Origin: an uncultured Planctomycetia bacterium
Lineage (GTDB): Bacteria > Omnitrophota > Gorgyraeia > Duberdicusellales > 4484-171
DNA: 64,000 nucleotides
NCBI GenBank assembly: GCA_964489445.1
Contig: CAZAYU010000002.1
Location: 205,020 to 269,019 of the forward strand
Direction: 5' to 3'
Positions 8,443 to 16,835 of this stretch are shown here, one piece after another. Both the position numbers and the translations under genes were made by a program. Numbering within the stretch: position 1 is the stretch's first letter; every line of letters starts with the position of its first letter. The notes beneath the pieces were generated by a model that worked only from the letters and a program-made list of their open reading frames with translations, ran no database searches and was not told the DNA's origin.

Positions 8443-9870
8443 GTGAATAAGCTAAATCTGGGAAGCGTTTTAAGCTTTTTTTTGTTCATTGCGTTTTTTT
8501 TGGGAGTTGTTGCTGCTTATTTTATTTCTGCATTTATACTTTTTTCTATTTTAGTTTTATTGTGCTTATTTTTTGTCTATTTTACTTATCGAAAAAATAG
8601 TTTGGTGGCATCTGATTTATGGATTTTAATGCTTTTTTTTGCATTGGGAGGAATATGGAATATTTCTTTTTTTGTCCAAAAATCAGGTATACTTTTGAAC
8701 AAAGAGAGCGAAGTGATTTTACACGTTTTGTCGATTCCTCAAGAGAACAAGCGTAGCAATACATTTTTTGGAGAAGTAAGCGCAATTGACGTGCCAAAAA
8801 ATAGCTCAAGGGTGAAAGTCCGTGATTATACCCGCTCCTTAAAATATCTAGATACTTATAAAGTTAGAGGACGAGTTACTAAACGGGTTTATCATAACCG
8901 TTTTTTTTATTATTTTTGGATTAAATCTAGAGCAAAGCCGTTAAAATTATCTTCGGGTGTTTTGAATAATATTTCTCAGAAAATTACCAATTACGTATTA
9001 AGGGTGTTTAAAGAAAATTGCTCAGATCAGGCGTACAGATTTTTAGGTGCGGTATTTTTAGGCAGAAGGGAGCTGATTAAGAACGAAAAAGGATATTTTT
9101 CTGATGCTGGCGTTTCACATCTGTTGGCGATAAGTGGTTTGCATATTGGGCTTACCTCATTAATATTATTTTTTCTTCTAAGATTTTTCAGTCTTAATTT
9201 TCGAGCCTGTCTATTTGTGTCGATGATTTTTTTATTTGTGTATACTTTTCTAACCGGAGCAACTTCTTCTACCGTAAGAGCAGCGATTATGTATTCGGTA
9301 TTTGCTGTTGGTTTTTTCTTGCAAACGAGAGTTGATCCATTGAATTCCTTAGGAATAGCCGGGCTAATTATTTTATTATGTAATCCTTTAGATGTGCTAA
9401 GCGTTGGATTTCAATTATCTTTTTCTTCGGTATTTGCGATTATTTTTGGATATCGGATTTTTAAATTTAAATTTGCAAGAAATAAGGTTCTAAATTATTT
9501 ACAGCAGATTATTGTTTGTTCTTTTCTAGTATCGTTATTTATAACACCTTTAGTTTCCTATTATTTCCATAAAATCTATATTTTGAGTATAGTTTATAAT
9601 CTTTTCCTGATTCCTCTATTTACATTCATCCTAATGGCCAATTTTTTATTGGTGATATTTTCGCCAGCTATATTTGTTGCTAAATCTTTAGGGTGCGTGC
9701 TATCGTTGGTAATTGATTGGTTTATTAATCTTGTCCATGTTTTTGGGTCTTTTGAATTATCATTTGTTAATTATGCTTTTTCGTTCAAACAAATTGTTAT
9801 CTATTATCTTTTTTTAGGTTTAGGGATAGTCGGATACTACTTTCGAAATAATAAGCTAGCTGTAAAATAA
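8443..9870 (+). CDS. comEC: ComEC/Rec2 competence membrane channel (no C-terminal metallo-beta-lactamase domain)
   Basis: GVSHLLAISGLHIG, SSTVRAAIM, GFQLSF; many TM segments; follows comEA. Confidence 0.88.
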   Translation: MNKLNLGSVLSFFLFIAFFLGVVAAYFISAFILFSILVLLCLFFVYFTYRKNSLVASDLWILMLFFALGGIWNISFFVQKSGILLNKESEVILHVLSIPQENKRSNTFFGEVSAIDVPKNSSRVKVRDYTRSLKYLDTYKVRGRVTKRVYHNRFFYYFWIKSRAKPLKLSSGVLNNISQKITNYVLRVFKENCSDQAYRFLGAVFLGRRELIKNEKGYFSDAGVSHLLAISGLHIGLTSLILFFLLRFFSLNFRACLFVSMIFLFVYTFLTGATSSTVRAAIMYSVFAVGFFLQTRVDPLNSLGIAGLIILLCNPLDVLSVGFQLSFSSVFAIIFGYRIFKFKFARNKVLNYLQQIIVCSFLVSLFITPLVSYYFHKIYILSIVYNLFLIPLFTFILMANFLLVIFSPAIFVAKSLGCVLSLVIDWFINLVHVFGSFELSFVNYAFSFKQIVIYYLFLGLGIVGYYFRNNKLAVK

Positions 9871-9896
9871 GCATTAATCGAGTATTGTTTTAACGA

Positions 9897-9925
9897 TTGA
9901 CAGCCAAGTTTTTTGTACATATACT
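9897..9925 (+). promoter_or_regulatory. Sigma70-type promoter for gadC-gadB
   Basis: TTGACA(9897)-17 bp-TATACT(9920). Confidence 0.7.
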
Positions 9926-9959
9926 AAATTGGCAATACAACAAAAAGAGGAGAATAAGC

Positions 9960-11372
9960 ATGGGTGTTAAAAAGAACCACAAGCTGAGTGTTTTTGTACT
10001 AGCAATGATGAACGTTGCAATTATCATGAATCTTCGAGGATTACCAATGATGGCCAAGGAAGGATTGGCAATGATTTTCTTTCTTCTTTTTGCGACTTTT
10101 ATATTTTTATTGCCGACATCTTTGGTTTCTGCAGAGCTAGCTACAGGGTGGCCTACTGGTGGTGGGGTTTATCGTTGGGTAAAAGAAGCCTTTGGTGGGC
10201 GTTTAGGTTTTGTGGCTATTTGGCTTCAGTGGATTCAAAATGTTATTTGGTATCCGACGATATTGGGATTTGCTGCTGGCGCGTTAGCCTATCTTTTTTT
10301 TAATCCGGCATTGGCAAATAACAAATTATTTAATGTTGTGGTAATTCTAAGTGTCTATTGGGGGGCAACGTTAGTTAATTTTCGGGGCATGAAAACTTCC
10401 GGATGGATAACTACTTCTGGGGTTATTGCTGGAACAATATTTCCGGCACTTCTAGCGATTGGTTTAGGAATTGCCTGGTGGGTCAAAGGTGATGTGTTGG
10501 AGTTTACTCTTACTTCACATAGTATTTTTCCTGATTTTAGTAATTTTAGTAATATTTCCTTTTTAGCTGGTGTAGTCCTTTTATTTGCGGGCATGGAAGT
10601 CTCAGCAGTTCATGCTCTAGAAGTAGACAATCCAAAACGTAATTATCCTAGAGCAATTTTTTTAGCCGGAGCGGTTATTGTAATAATCTTTACATTAAGT
10701 TCTTTGTCGATTGCTGCGGTGTTACCTGCAGATAATATTAGCCTTACTGCCGGGGTTATGCAGGGATTTAAGGACCAGCTCAAAGTATTCAATTTAGATT
10801 GGTTACTTCCGATTATTGGGGCTCTTGTGGCGTTTGGAGGAATAGGTGCGGTTACTGCTTGGATAATCGGTCCTAGTAAAGGGCTTTTGGCTACGGCTAA
10901 AGACGGAGATCTTCCACCATTCTTGGCTTACACTAATAATAATGGGGTTGCAACGCGAATATTATTTATTCAAGGGCTAATAGTGACGGCGGTTACGCTT
11001 GTTTATTTATTGATGCCTAATGTTAGCAGTGCGTTTTTTTTGTTAACAGCTTTAACGGCTATTCTATATTTAATAATGTATATCATTCTATTTAGTGCAG
11101 CGATAAGGTTGCGTTATTCTCAACCTTTAGTCCATAGAGCGTATAAAGTACCCGGAGGGAAAATAGGTATGTGGATAGTTTCTGGCATCGGAATTATCGG
11201 TGCTTTATTTGCGATAACAGTGGGATTTTTTCCTCCAGCACAATTAAAAACAGGAAATTTTACTTTTTATATAATTTTTTTAATTGTCGGGGTAACTATT
11301 TTCATTAGCGCTCCTTTAGTTATTAATAGTTTAAAACGTCCGGAGTGGGTTGTGAAAAATAGCACAGAGTAA
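9960..11372 (+). CDS. gadC: Glutamate/GABA antiporter (APC family)
   Basis: APC permease motifs (SLVSAELATGWP..GGVYRWVKEAFG, FAGMEVSAVH); adjacent to glutamate decarboxylase; ATG at 9960 after SD GAGGAG. Confidence 0.82.
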   Translation: MGVKKNHKLSVFVLAMMNVAIIMNLRGLPMMAKEGLAMIFFLLFATFIFLLPTSLVSAELATGWPTGGGVYRWVKEAFGGRLGFVAIWLQWIQNVIWYPTILGFAAGALAYLFFNPALANNKLFNVVVILSVYWGATLVNFRGMKTSGWITTSGVIAGTIFPALLAIGLGIAWWVKGDVLEFTLTSHSIFPDFSNFSNISFLAGVVLLFAGMEVSAVHALEVDNPKRNYPRAIFLAGAVIVIIFTLSSLSIAAVLPADNISLTAGVMQGFKDQLKVFNLDWLLPIIGALVAFGGIGAVTAWIIGPSKGLLATAKDGDLPPFLAYTNNNGVATRILFIQGLIVTAVTLVYLLMPNVSSAFFLLTALTAILYLIMYIILFSAAIRLRYSQPLVHRAYKVPGGKIGMWIVSGIGIIGALFAITVGFFPPAQLKTGNFTFYIIFLIVGVTIFISAPLVINSLKRPEWVVKNSTE

Positions 11373-11472
11373 GTTTTTCAAATTTTGATTAATTATCCGG
11401 CAAAATAAAACGAGGATAGCGGAAAGATCATAAGGCAATAATCCGCAAAATTATTAGACAAAAGGAGTATTT

Positions 11473-12873
11473 ATGTTGCACAAAAAAGTTGATTTAAACA
11501 AGTTAGAGGATAGAGAAAAAGTTGTTATGCCAACATATGGAGCGCGAGAGTTAAATGTGGATGTGCCTAAATATGAGATGCCTTGCGATTCGATGCTACC
11601 AAAAACAGCGTATACTATTGTTCATGATGAACTAATGCTTGATGGTAACTCTCGTCTTAATCTTGCGACTTTTGTAACGACATGGATGGAGCCGGAAGCA
11701 AGACAGTTAATGTCAGAGACTTTTGATAAAAATATGATTGATAAAGATGAATATCCTCAGACAGCTGAGCTAGAAATGCGTTGTGTAAATATGTTGTCGC
11801 GATTATATAATTCTCCTGAAGGCCAAGGGTGCGGATGCTCTACAATTGGCTCTTCAGAAGCAGTTATGCTTGGCGGAATGGCTTTAAAATGGAAATGGCG
11901 CCAACGGATGAAAGATAAAGGAAAGCTTACAGATAAACCAAATATTGTATTAGGGGTAGATGTCCAAGTTTGTTGGGATAAATTTTGTAAATATTGGGAT
12001 GTTGAACCTCGGTTTATTCCTATGGAGGGTAGTCGCTATGGAATAAACGCCGAAGAAGTTATTAAGCGTGCTGACGAGAATACAATAGGAGTAGCGGTAA
12101 TAATGGGCACTACATTCACTGGGCAGTATGAACCGGTCAAAGAGATCAATGATGCCCTAGATAAGCTCAACGCAAAAACTGGATGGGATATTCCTATGCA
12201 TGTGGATGCAGCTTCCGGAGGGTTTGTTGCTCCATTTATTCAGCCTGATTTGGAATGGGACTTTCGTTTAAAATGGGTAAAATCAATAAATGTTTCCGGG
12301 CATAAGTATGGATTAGTTTATCCTGGAGTGGGATGGATTATTTGGCGGGATAAGACGGAATTACCTGATGATTTAGTATTTAAAGTTAATTACTTAGGGG
12401 GAGAAATGCCGACGTTTGCTATTAATTTTTCGCGCCCGGGAAATCAAATAGTTGCTCAATATTATAATTTTATTCGTTTAGGTAAGAGTGGATATAAAAA
12501 AATTATGCAGTCTCTTCAAGATATTGCTTTGTATCTTTCAGGAGAGATAGCCAAGATTGGTCCTTTTGAACTGCTAACTGATGGTAGTGATATTCCGGTA
12601 CTTGCTTTTAAAATTAAAGGAAAAGAAAATTATACAGTATTTGATATTTCAGAGATGGTTCGCGACAGGGGATGGCTAATACCGGCTTATACACTTCCAC
12701 CTAACGATGAATCTTTAGCTGTGTTAAGAATTGTAGTTAAGGAAGGATTTAGCCGGGACATGGCTAACTTGCTTATTCAAGATTTAAAAAGAATACTAAA
12801 TCACTTTAGAGAACATCCTGAACGTAAGCCTAAGCAGAGAAAAATTTTAGGGAGAACGAGAACCCATTGCTGA
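11473..12873 (+). CDS. gadB: Glutamate decarboxylase (PLP-dependent)
   Basis: LDGNSRLNLATFVTTWME, KNMIDKDEYPQTAE, HVDAASGGF, SINVSGHKYGLVYPG (PLP lysine). Confidence 0.95.
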   Translation: MLHKKVDLNKLEDREKVVMPTYGARELNVDVPKYEMPCDSMLPKTAYTIVHDELMLDGNSRLNLATFVTTWMEPEARQLMSETFDKNMIDKDEYPQTAELEMRCVNMLSRLYNSPEGQGCGCSTIGSSEAVMLGGMALKWKWRQRMKDKGKLTDKPNIVLGVDVQVCWDKFCKYWDVEPRFIPMEGSRYGINAEEVIKRADENTIGVAVIMGTTFTGQYEPVKEINDALDKLNAKTGWDIPMHVDAASGGFVAPFIQPDLEWDFRLKWVKSINVSGHKYGLVYPGVGWIIWRDKTELPDDLVFKVNYLGGEMPTFAINFSRPGNQIVAQYYNFIRLGKSGYKKIMQSLQDIALYLSGEIAKIGPFELLTDGSDIPVLAFKIKGKENYTVFDISEMVRDRGWLIPAYTLPPNDESLAVLRIVVKEGFSRDMANLLIQDLKRILNHFREHPERKPKQRKILGRTRTHC

Positions 12874-13000
12874 TTAAGAAAATTTAATTTATCTTTTTTT
12901 GAGCTTTTTTATTTAGAATGGTGAAATATATAATAGTCGAATTTAATTTACTATTGACATAAAAGTAAGCAGTTTATTATTTTACGAATGTCGACGGCAG

Positions 13001-13029
13001 TTGACAAATAATCTTGATTTTGGTATAGT
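13001..13029 (+). promoter_or_regulatory. Sigma70-type promoter immediately before the bamD-like gene
   Basis: TTGACA(13001)-17-TATAGT(13024) with TG extension. Confidence 0.65.
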
Positions 13030-13035
13030 TTTTGC

Positions 13036-14973
13036 GTGAAAAAAGTACTTATTTTTTTAATTCTTCTTGCTGTTCCATTTAATGCCTATTCGTTTTGGAT
13101 TTGGTCCCCTAAAACTCAAAAATGGAAAAATCCTAAATATTCAGCATTGGCTACTCCTTATCTTCAATATAAAGAATCATTAAAATTTTTTGACCAGGAA
13201 ATGTATCAAGATGCTTATCGTGGATTTAAAAAGATTCTAATTAACTATCCTGATGCCAAGGAAGCTGCCGAGGCACAATATTATGTGGCGCGGTGTTTGG
13301 AAAAAATTAACAAACCTTACGATGCTTTTTTAGAGTATCAAAAACTTATTGATAGTTATCCAAATAGCCAGAAAATTAACGAAACAGTAGAGAGAGAGTA
13401 CAGCATTGGTGAATATTTTCTTAATAGAGAACATAAAAAATGGCTGGGTGTCTCTTTTTATGATTTTGTTGAGCATCCATCGATTGAGATTTTTAAGGGA
13501 ATTGTTGATAAAGTTCCTTATTCTGATTATGCTCCTCGGGCGCAGTATAAATTGGGGAGCATTTTTATGAAACTAAGGCGTTATGATGAGGCTCGAGATG
13601 CTTTTCAGAAAGTTATTGATAATTATTCAGAAAGTGAATGGTCGACCCCAGCTAAGTATCAGTTAGCAATAGCAACTTCTAAAGTGTTTTCCGGAGCTGA
13701 TTATGATTCATCTTATTTAGAAGAAGCCGTTAACAGATTAGATGAGTTTATTAAGGAGCATCCAGAAGCTCAGATTTCTGTTGAGGCTGAAGAGCAATTG
13801 ACAGACTTAAGAAATCGCGAAGCGAAAAAAAATTTTGATATTGCTCAATTTTACGAAAACCAAAATCAATATAAAAGTGCCATAATATACTACAACAAAG
13901 TAGCCAGCCAATATCCAAACAGTAATTACTTTGATAGTTCTTCAAAAAAAATTAAGGAATTACAAGAGCTAGTAGAAGGAGGTATCACTAAAAAGGAATT
14001 AAGAATAAAGGAAAAAAAAGAATTATTAGAAACTAAAAAGCTAAAAAAAATAGTTTTGAAAAAAGAAAAATTAATAAAAAAACAAGCGATTAGAGAAGAA
14101 AGGAAAAAGAGTAAACAAGAAGCTTTAAACGCAAAAAAAGAAAATAAGCTGTTATTAAAGGAAAGTAAAGCGAAAAAAATAAATGAGCGTAAGCTTAAAA
14201 AACAAAGTATTCACCAGGAGAAACTAGATAAGAAGAAAGAGCTCGTAGAAAAGAAGAAGAAATTAAAGGAACAAAAACGCCAGGAAAAACTAGATAAGAA
14301 GAAAGAGCTCATAGCAAAGAAAAAGAGATTGAAAGAACAAAAACGCCAGGAAAAATTACAAAGAGTCGAAGAACGTAGGCTACAAAAGGAAATTATCCGT
14401 CAAAAAAAGTTAGAAATAAAGGCGCGGTTAAAAAAGGAAAAAGACCAGGCGTGTATTGTTAAAGTAGAAAAGCGGCAATTGGCAAAAAAAGAAGCTGATT
14501 ATCGAGAGGAGAGGAGAAGGGAGGAGGAAATATCAAAGAAAACGCAAAAGAAAGTATTGCTTCAGGGGAAGGCTGAGAGGCAGCAAAGAATTTTAGAAAT
14601 AAAAAAAGACCTAGCGCTGAAAGAAAAAGAGTATAAAATTCAGCGAAAACAAGCTAAGTTAAAAAGAGCTAATGAGCGTAAGCTTAAAAAACAAAGTATT
14701 CACCAGGAAAAACTAGATAAGAAGAAAGAGCTCACAGAAAAGAAAAAGAAATTGAAAGAGCAAAAACGTCAGGAAAAGTTACAAAGCGTCGAAGAACGTA
14801 GGCTACAAAAGGAAATTATCCGTCAAAAAAAGTTAGAAAAAAAGCAGAAAAACAAAGAATATATTTTAAAAAAAAAAGCAATAGCTTACGATGCTACTCT
14901 TAAAAAAGAGAGCATTGGCCAAAAGAAAGATGAAAGCTTATTAGAGTCATTTGGCTATTTAATGGAAGACTAA
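13036..14973 (+). CDS. bamD: BamD/YfiO-like TPR outer-membrane assembly factor with a long Lys/Glu/Arg-rich C-terminal extension
   Basis: Signal peptide; ~310 aa of YfiO-type TPRs (YP.S..A..AQY, EAKKNFDIAQFYE...SAIIYY); upstream of lptE-holA; then a ~330-aa charged tail. Confidence 0.75.
   Translation: MKKVLIFLILLAVPFNAYSFWIWSPKTQKWKNPKYSALATPYLQYKESLKFFDQEMYQDAYRGFKKILINYPDAKEAAEAQYYVARCLEKINKPYDAFLEYQKLIDSYPNSQKINETVEREYSIGEYFLNREHKKWLGVSFYDFVEHPSIEIFKGIVDKVPYSDYAPRAQYKLGSIFMKLRRYDEARDAFQKVIDNYSESEWSTPAKYQLAIATSKVFSGADYDSSYLEEAVNRLDEFIKEHPEAQISVEAEEQLTDLRNREAKKNFDIAQFYENQNQYKSAIIYYNKVASQYPNSNYFDSSSKKIKELQELVEGGITKKELRIKEKKELLETKKLKKIVLKKEKLIKKQAIREERKKSKQEALNAKKENKLLLKESKAKKINERKLKKQSIHQEKLDKKKELVEKKKKLKEQKRQEKLDKKKELIAKKKRLKEQKRQEKLQRVEERRLQKEIIRQKKLEIKARLKKEKDQACIVKVEKRQLAKKEADYREERRREEEISKKTQKKVLLQGKAERQQRILEIKKDLALKEKEYKIQRKQAKLKRANERKLKKQSIHQEKLDKKKELTEKKKKLKEQKRQEKLQSVEERRLQKEIIRQKKLEKKQKNKEYILKKKAIAYDATLKKESIGQKKDESLLESFGYLMED
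14182..14839 (+). repeat. Intragenic duplications in the bamD tail: 66-bp (22-aa) tandem unit plus a 169-bp block duplication
   Basis: QEKLDKKKELxxKKKxLKEQKR units start at 14215, 14281 and 14704; block 14182-14416 matches 14671-14839 except for one extra 66-bp unit and a few substitutions. Confidence 0.9.
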
Positions 14974-14974
14974 T

Positions 14975-15517
14975 ATGAAAAATGTTTTATTTATTTTATT
15001 GTTTATTATTTCTGGCTGTGGCTACACTACTAGCGGGTGTAGATATGTCGGAGAGAAGATAATAATAAAGCCGGTAACAAACAGTATTGATATAACTTCA
15101 GAGAGTAGAAAATATTCCACTTATGAAAGTTATCCGATTTTAATCGAGAATAGATTAACTAATAAATTGGTTAGAAAATTTAATATCGACGGGAGTCTTA
15201 AGGTAGTTAATTATAGTCCTCAGGCGCTAGAGTTGGTTTGTAATATTACTGATTACAAAAAAGAAGCTTTGCGTTATTCAGATGATGATGATGTTCGAGA
15301 GCAAAGATTAAGGCTATATGTTAAAATGAAATTTACTAATCCTGCTGGGGAAATTTTAGAAGAAAGAAATGTGATGGGGGAAACTACATATTTTCTCACA
15401 GGGATTACTCTTACTGATGGCACATCTATCCGGCCTAAAAGCGAAACTGCTGCACAGGCAGATTTAATTGACGATACAGCAAGAAGAATCTCCGAAGCAG
15501 TTTTAGAAGAATGGTGA
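14975..15517 (+). CDS. lptE: LptE-like LPS assembly lipoprotein
   Basis: Lipobox ISGC-GY; size and ending (ARRISEAVLEEW); position before holA. Confidence 0.75.
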   Translation: MKNVLFILLFIISGCGYTTSGCRYVGEKIIIKPVTNSIDITSESRKYSTYESYPILIENRLTNKLVRKFNIDGSLKVVNYSPQALELVCNITDYKKEALRYSDDDDVREQRLRLYVKMKFTNPAGEILEERNVMGETTYFLTGITLTDGTSIRPKSETAAQADLIDDTARRISEAVLEEW

Positions 15518-15588
15518 TTTAAAATCTCAAAAGTTGGTTTCTAGGTTTTCGTAGTTACTTAAAAAATAATTAGTTTATGTAAAGACCA

Positions 15589-16314
15589 TTGTCAGCAATG
15601 AATTTAAGGGAAAGACTGTTTTTAATTAGTGGGAATGACTCAGTAAAACGCCGACAGGCAGAAACGGGCATTAAGCAGAAAATATTGGAAGGAAAAGATT
15701 GCAGGATAAATACTATTACGCTGTATGTTGATGAATTAGGAAAAGAAACTATCCCGGAAGATATTGCGAACAATTATTTTGGTGCAAATAACCTCATTAT
15801 TCTTAAAAATTTTTTGACTATAAGTTCTTTGTTTAAAAGTTTTATTCTTTCAAATTTAAAAAAAATAATTAAAGATAGTTTTATAATATTCGAAACAGAT
15901 GATAGCTTATATCATATTCAGAGAGAGAAAAAAATAGCTTCTGATGAGTTATTTAAACTTGTGTTGAATTCTGCTGTTCGTTTCAGCGCTGATTCGTTTA
16001 ACAGAGTGGTGTCGATAAATCTTTTTTTGAATAGTCTTAATAAAAATAATATACGTACTTCTATGGATGTATTGGAAAGATTATTCAAGGATAATCCAAA
16101 TACTAGGATTGGCCCACAAGTTTTAGGCATGCTGGTTAAAAAAATTTCTTACATATCTAAGGATAGCCATTATTCTTGGATAAATGAAGGGCTTACTAAG
16201 TATGACTGTTTGCAGTATTTATATCAAGCTGATCGGCAGATAAAAGAAAAAGGGCTAAACGACCGCTTAGTAATTGAAACTTTGTTAGGAAAGATATTCA
16301 AACTCCAAAGATAG
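15589..16314 (+). CDS. holA: Divergent, short DNA polymerase III delta subunit
   Basis: LFLISGND near the N-terminus and LYQADRQIK..G...RLVIETL at the C-terminus; lptE-holA-rpsT synteny. Confidence 0.6.
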   Translation: MSAMNLRERLFLISGNDSVKRRQAETGIKQKILEGKDCRINTITLYVDELGKETIPEDIANNYFGANNLIILKNFLTISSLFKSFILSNLKKIIKDSFIIFETDDSLYHIQREKKIASDELFKLVLNSAVRFSADSFNRVVSINLFLNSLNKNNIRTSMDVLERLFKDNPNTRIGPQVLGMLVKKISYISKDSHYSWINEGLTKYDCLQYLYQADRQIKEKGLNDRLVIETLLGKIFKLQR

Positions 16315-16354
16315 CAATGCCGATTTATTTTACTTAGGTGAGAGTATTTTTCGA

Positions 16355-16633
16355 TTAGTTATTATGCTTTGAAGAGGATTTTTGAGCTAACTTAGAAAAT
16401 CGACTTTTTTGTCTGGAGGCTTTATTTGGATGAATAATTTTTTTAGCAGCAGTTTTATCAAGAGTCTTTTGCAGTGTCTTAAGGGTGTCTTTTACAGAAG
16501 CCGTTTCCGGGCTTTTTAAGGCTTTCTTAAATTTCTTAACGGCTAGCTTTAGTGCTTGTTTTTTAGGTAAATTTTCTTGTCGCCGTTTTTTATTTTTTCT
16601 TAATTCTTTCTTAGCTGTTCTTCTCTGTGGCAT
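16355..16633 (-). CDS. rpsT: 30S ribosomal protein S20
   Basis: MPQRRTAKKELRKNKKRRQEN...LDKTAAKKIIHPNKASRQKSR; ATG at 16633 after SD AGGAG. Confidence 0.93.
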   Translation of the reverse strand: MPQRRTAKKELRKNKKRRQENLPKKQALKLAVKKFKKALKSPETASVKDTLKTLQKTLDKTAAKKIIHPNKASRQKSRFSKLAQKSSSKHNN

Positions 16634-16658
16634 AATTCTCCTTTTGAGTTTAGGCTTG

Positions 16659-16687
16659 ATTGTATAGGAACCATTAGGTAATGTCAA
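16659..16687 (-). promoter_or_regulatory. Sigma70-type promoter of rpsT
   Basis: Minus strand TTGACA(16687-16682)-17-TACAAT(16664-16659). Confidence 0.7.
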
Positions 16688-16835
16688 GTATTTTTTCTTA
16701 TTTTGAGGATTTTTTAAAAATAGAATGCCAATATGTTTTGGCGAAAATTTCTTTGCTACTGTTGAAGGGTGACTAATAAAAAGATAATGCCAGATTACAC
16801 GATGGGTTTTGTGTCTTTTGAGGCCAAAGGCAATT

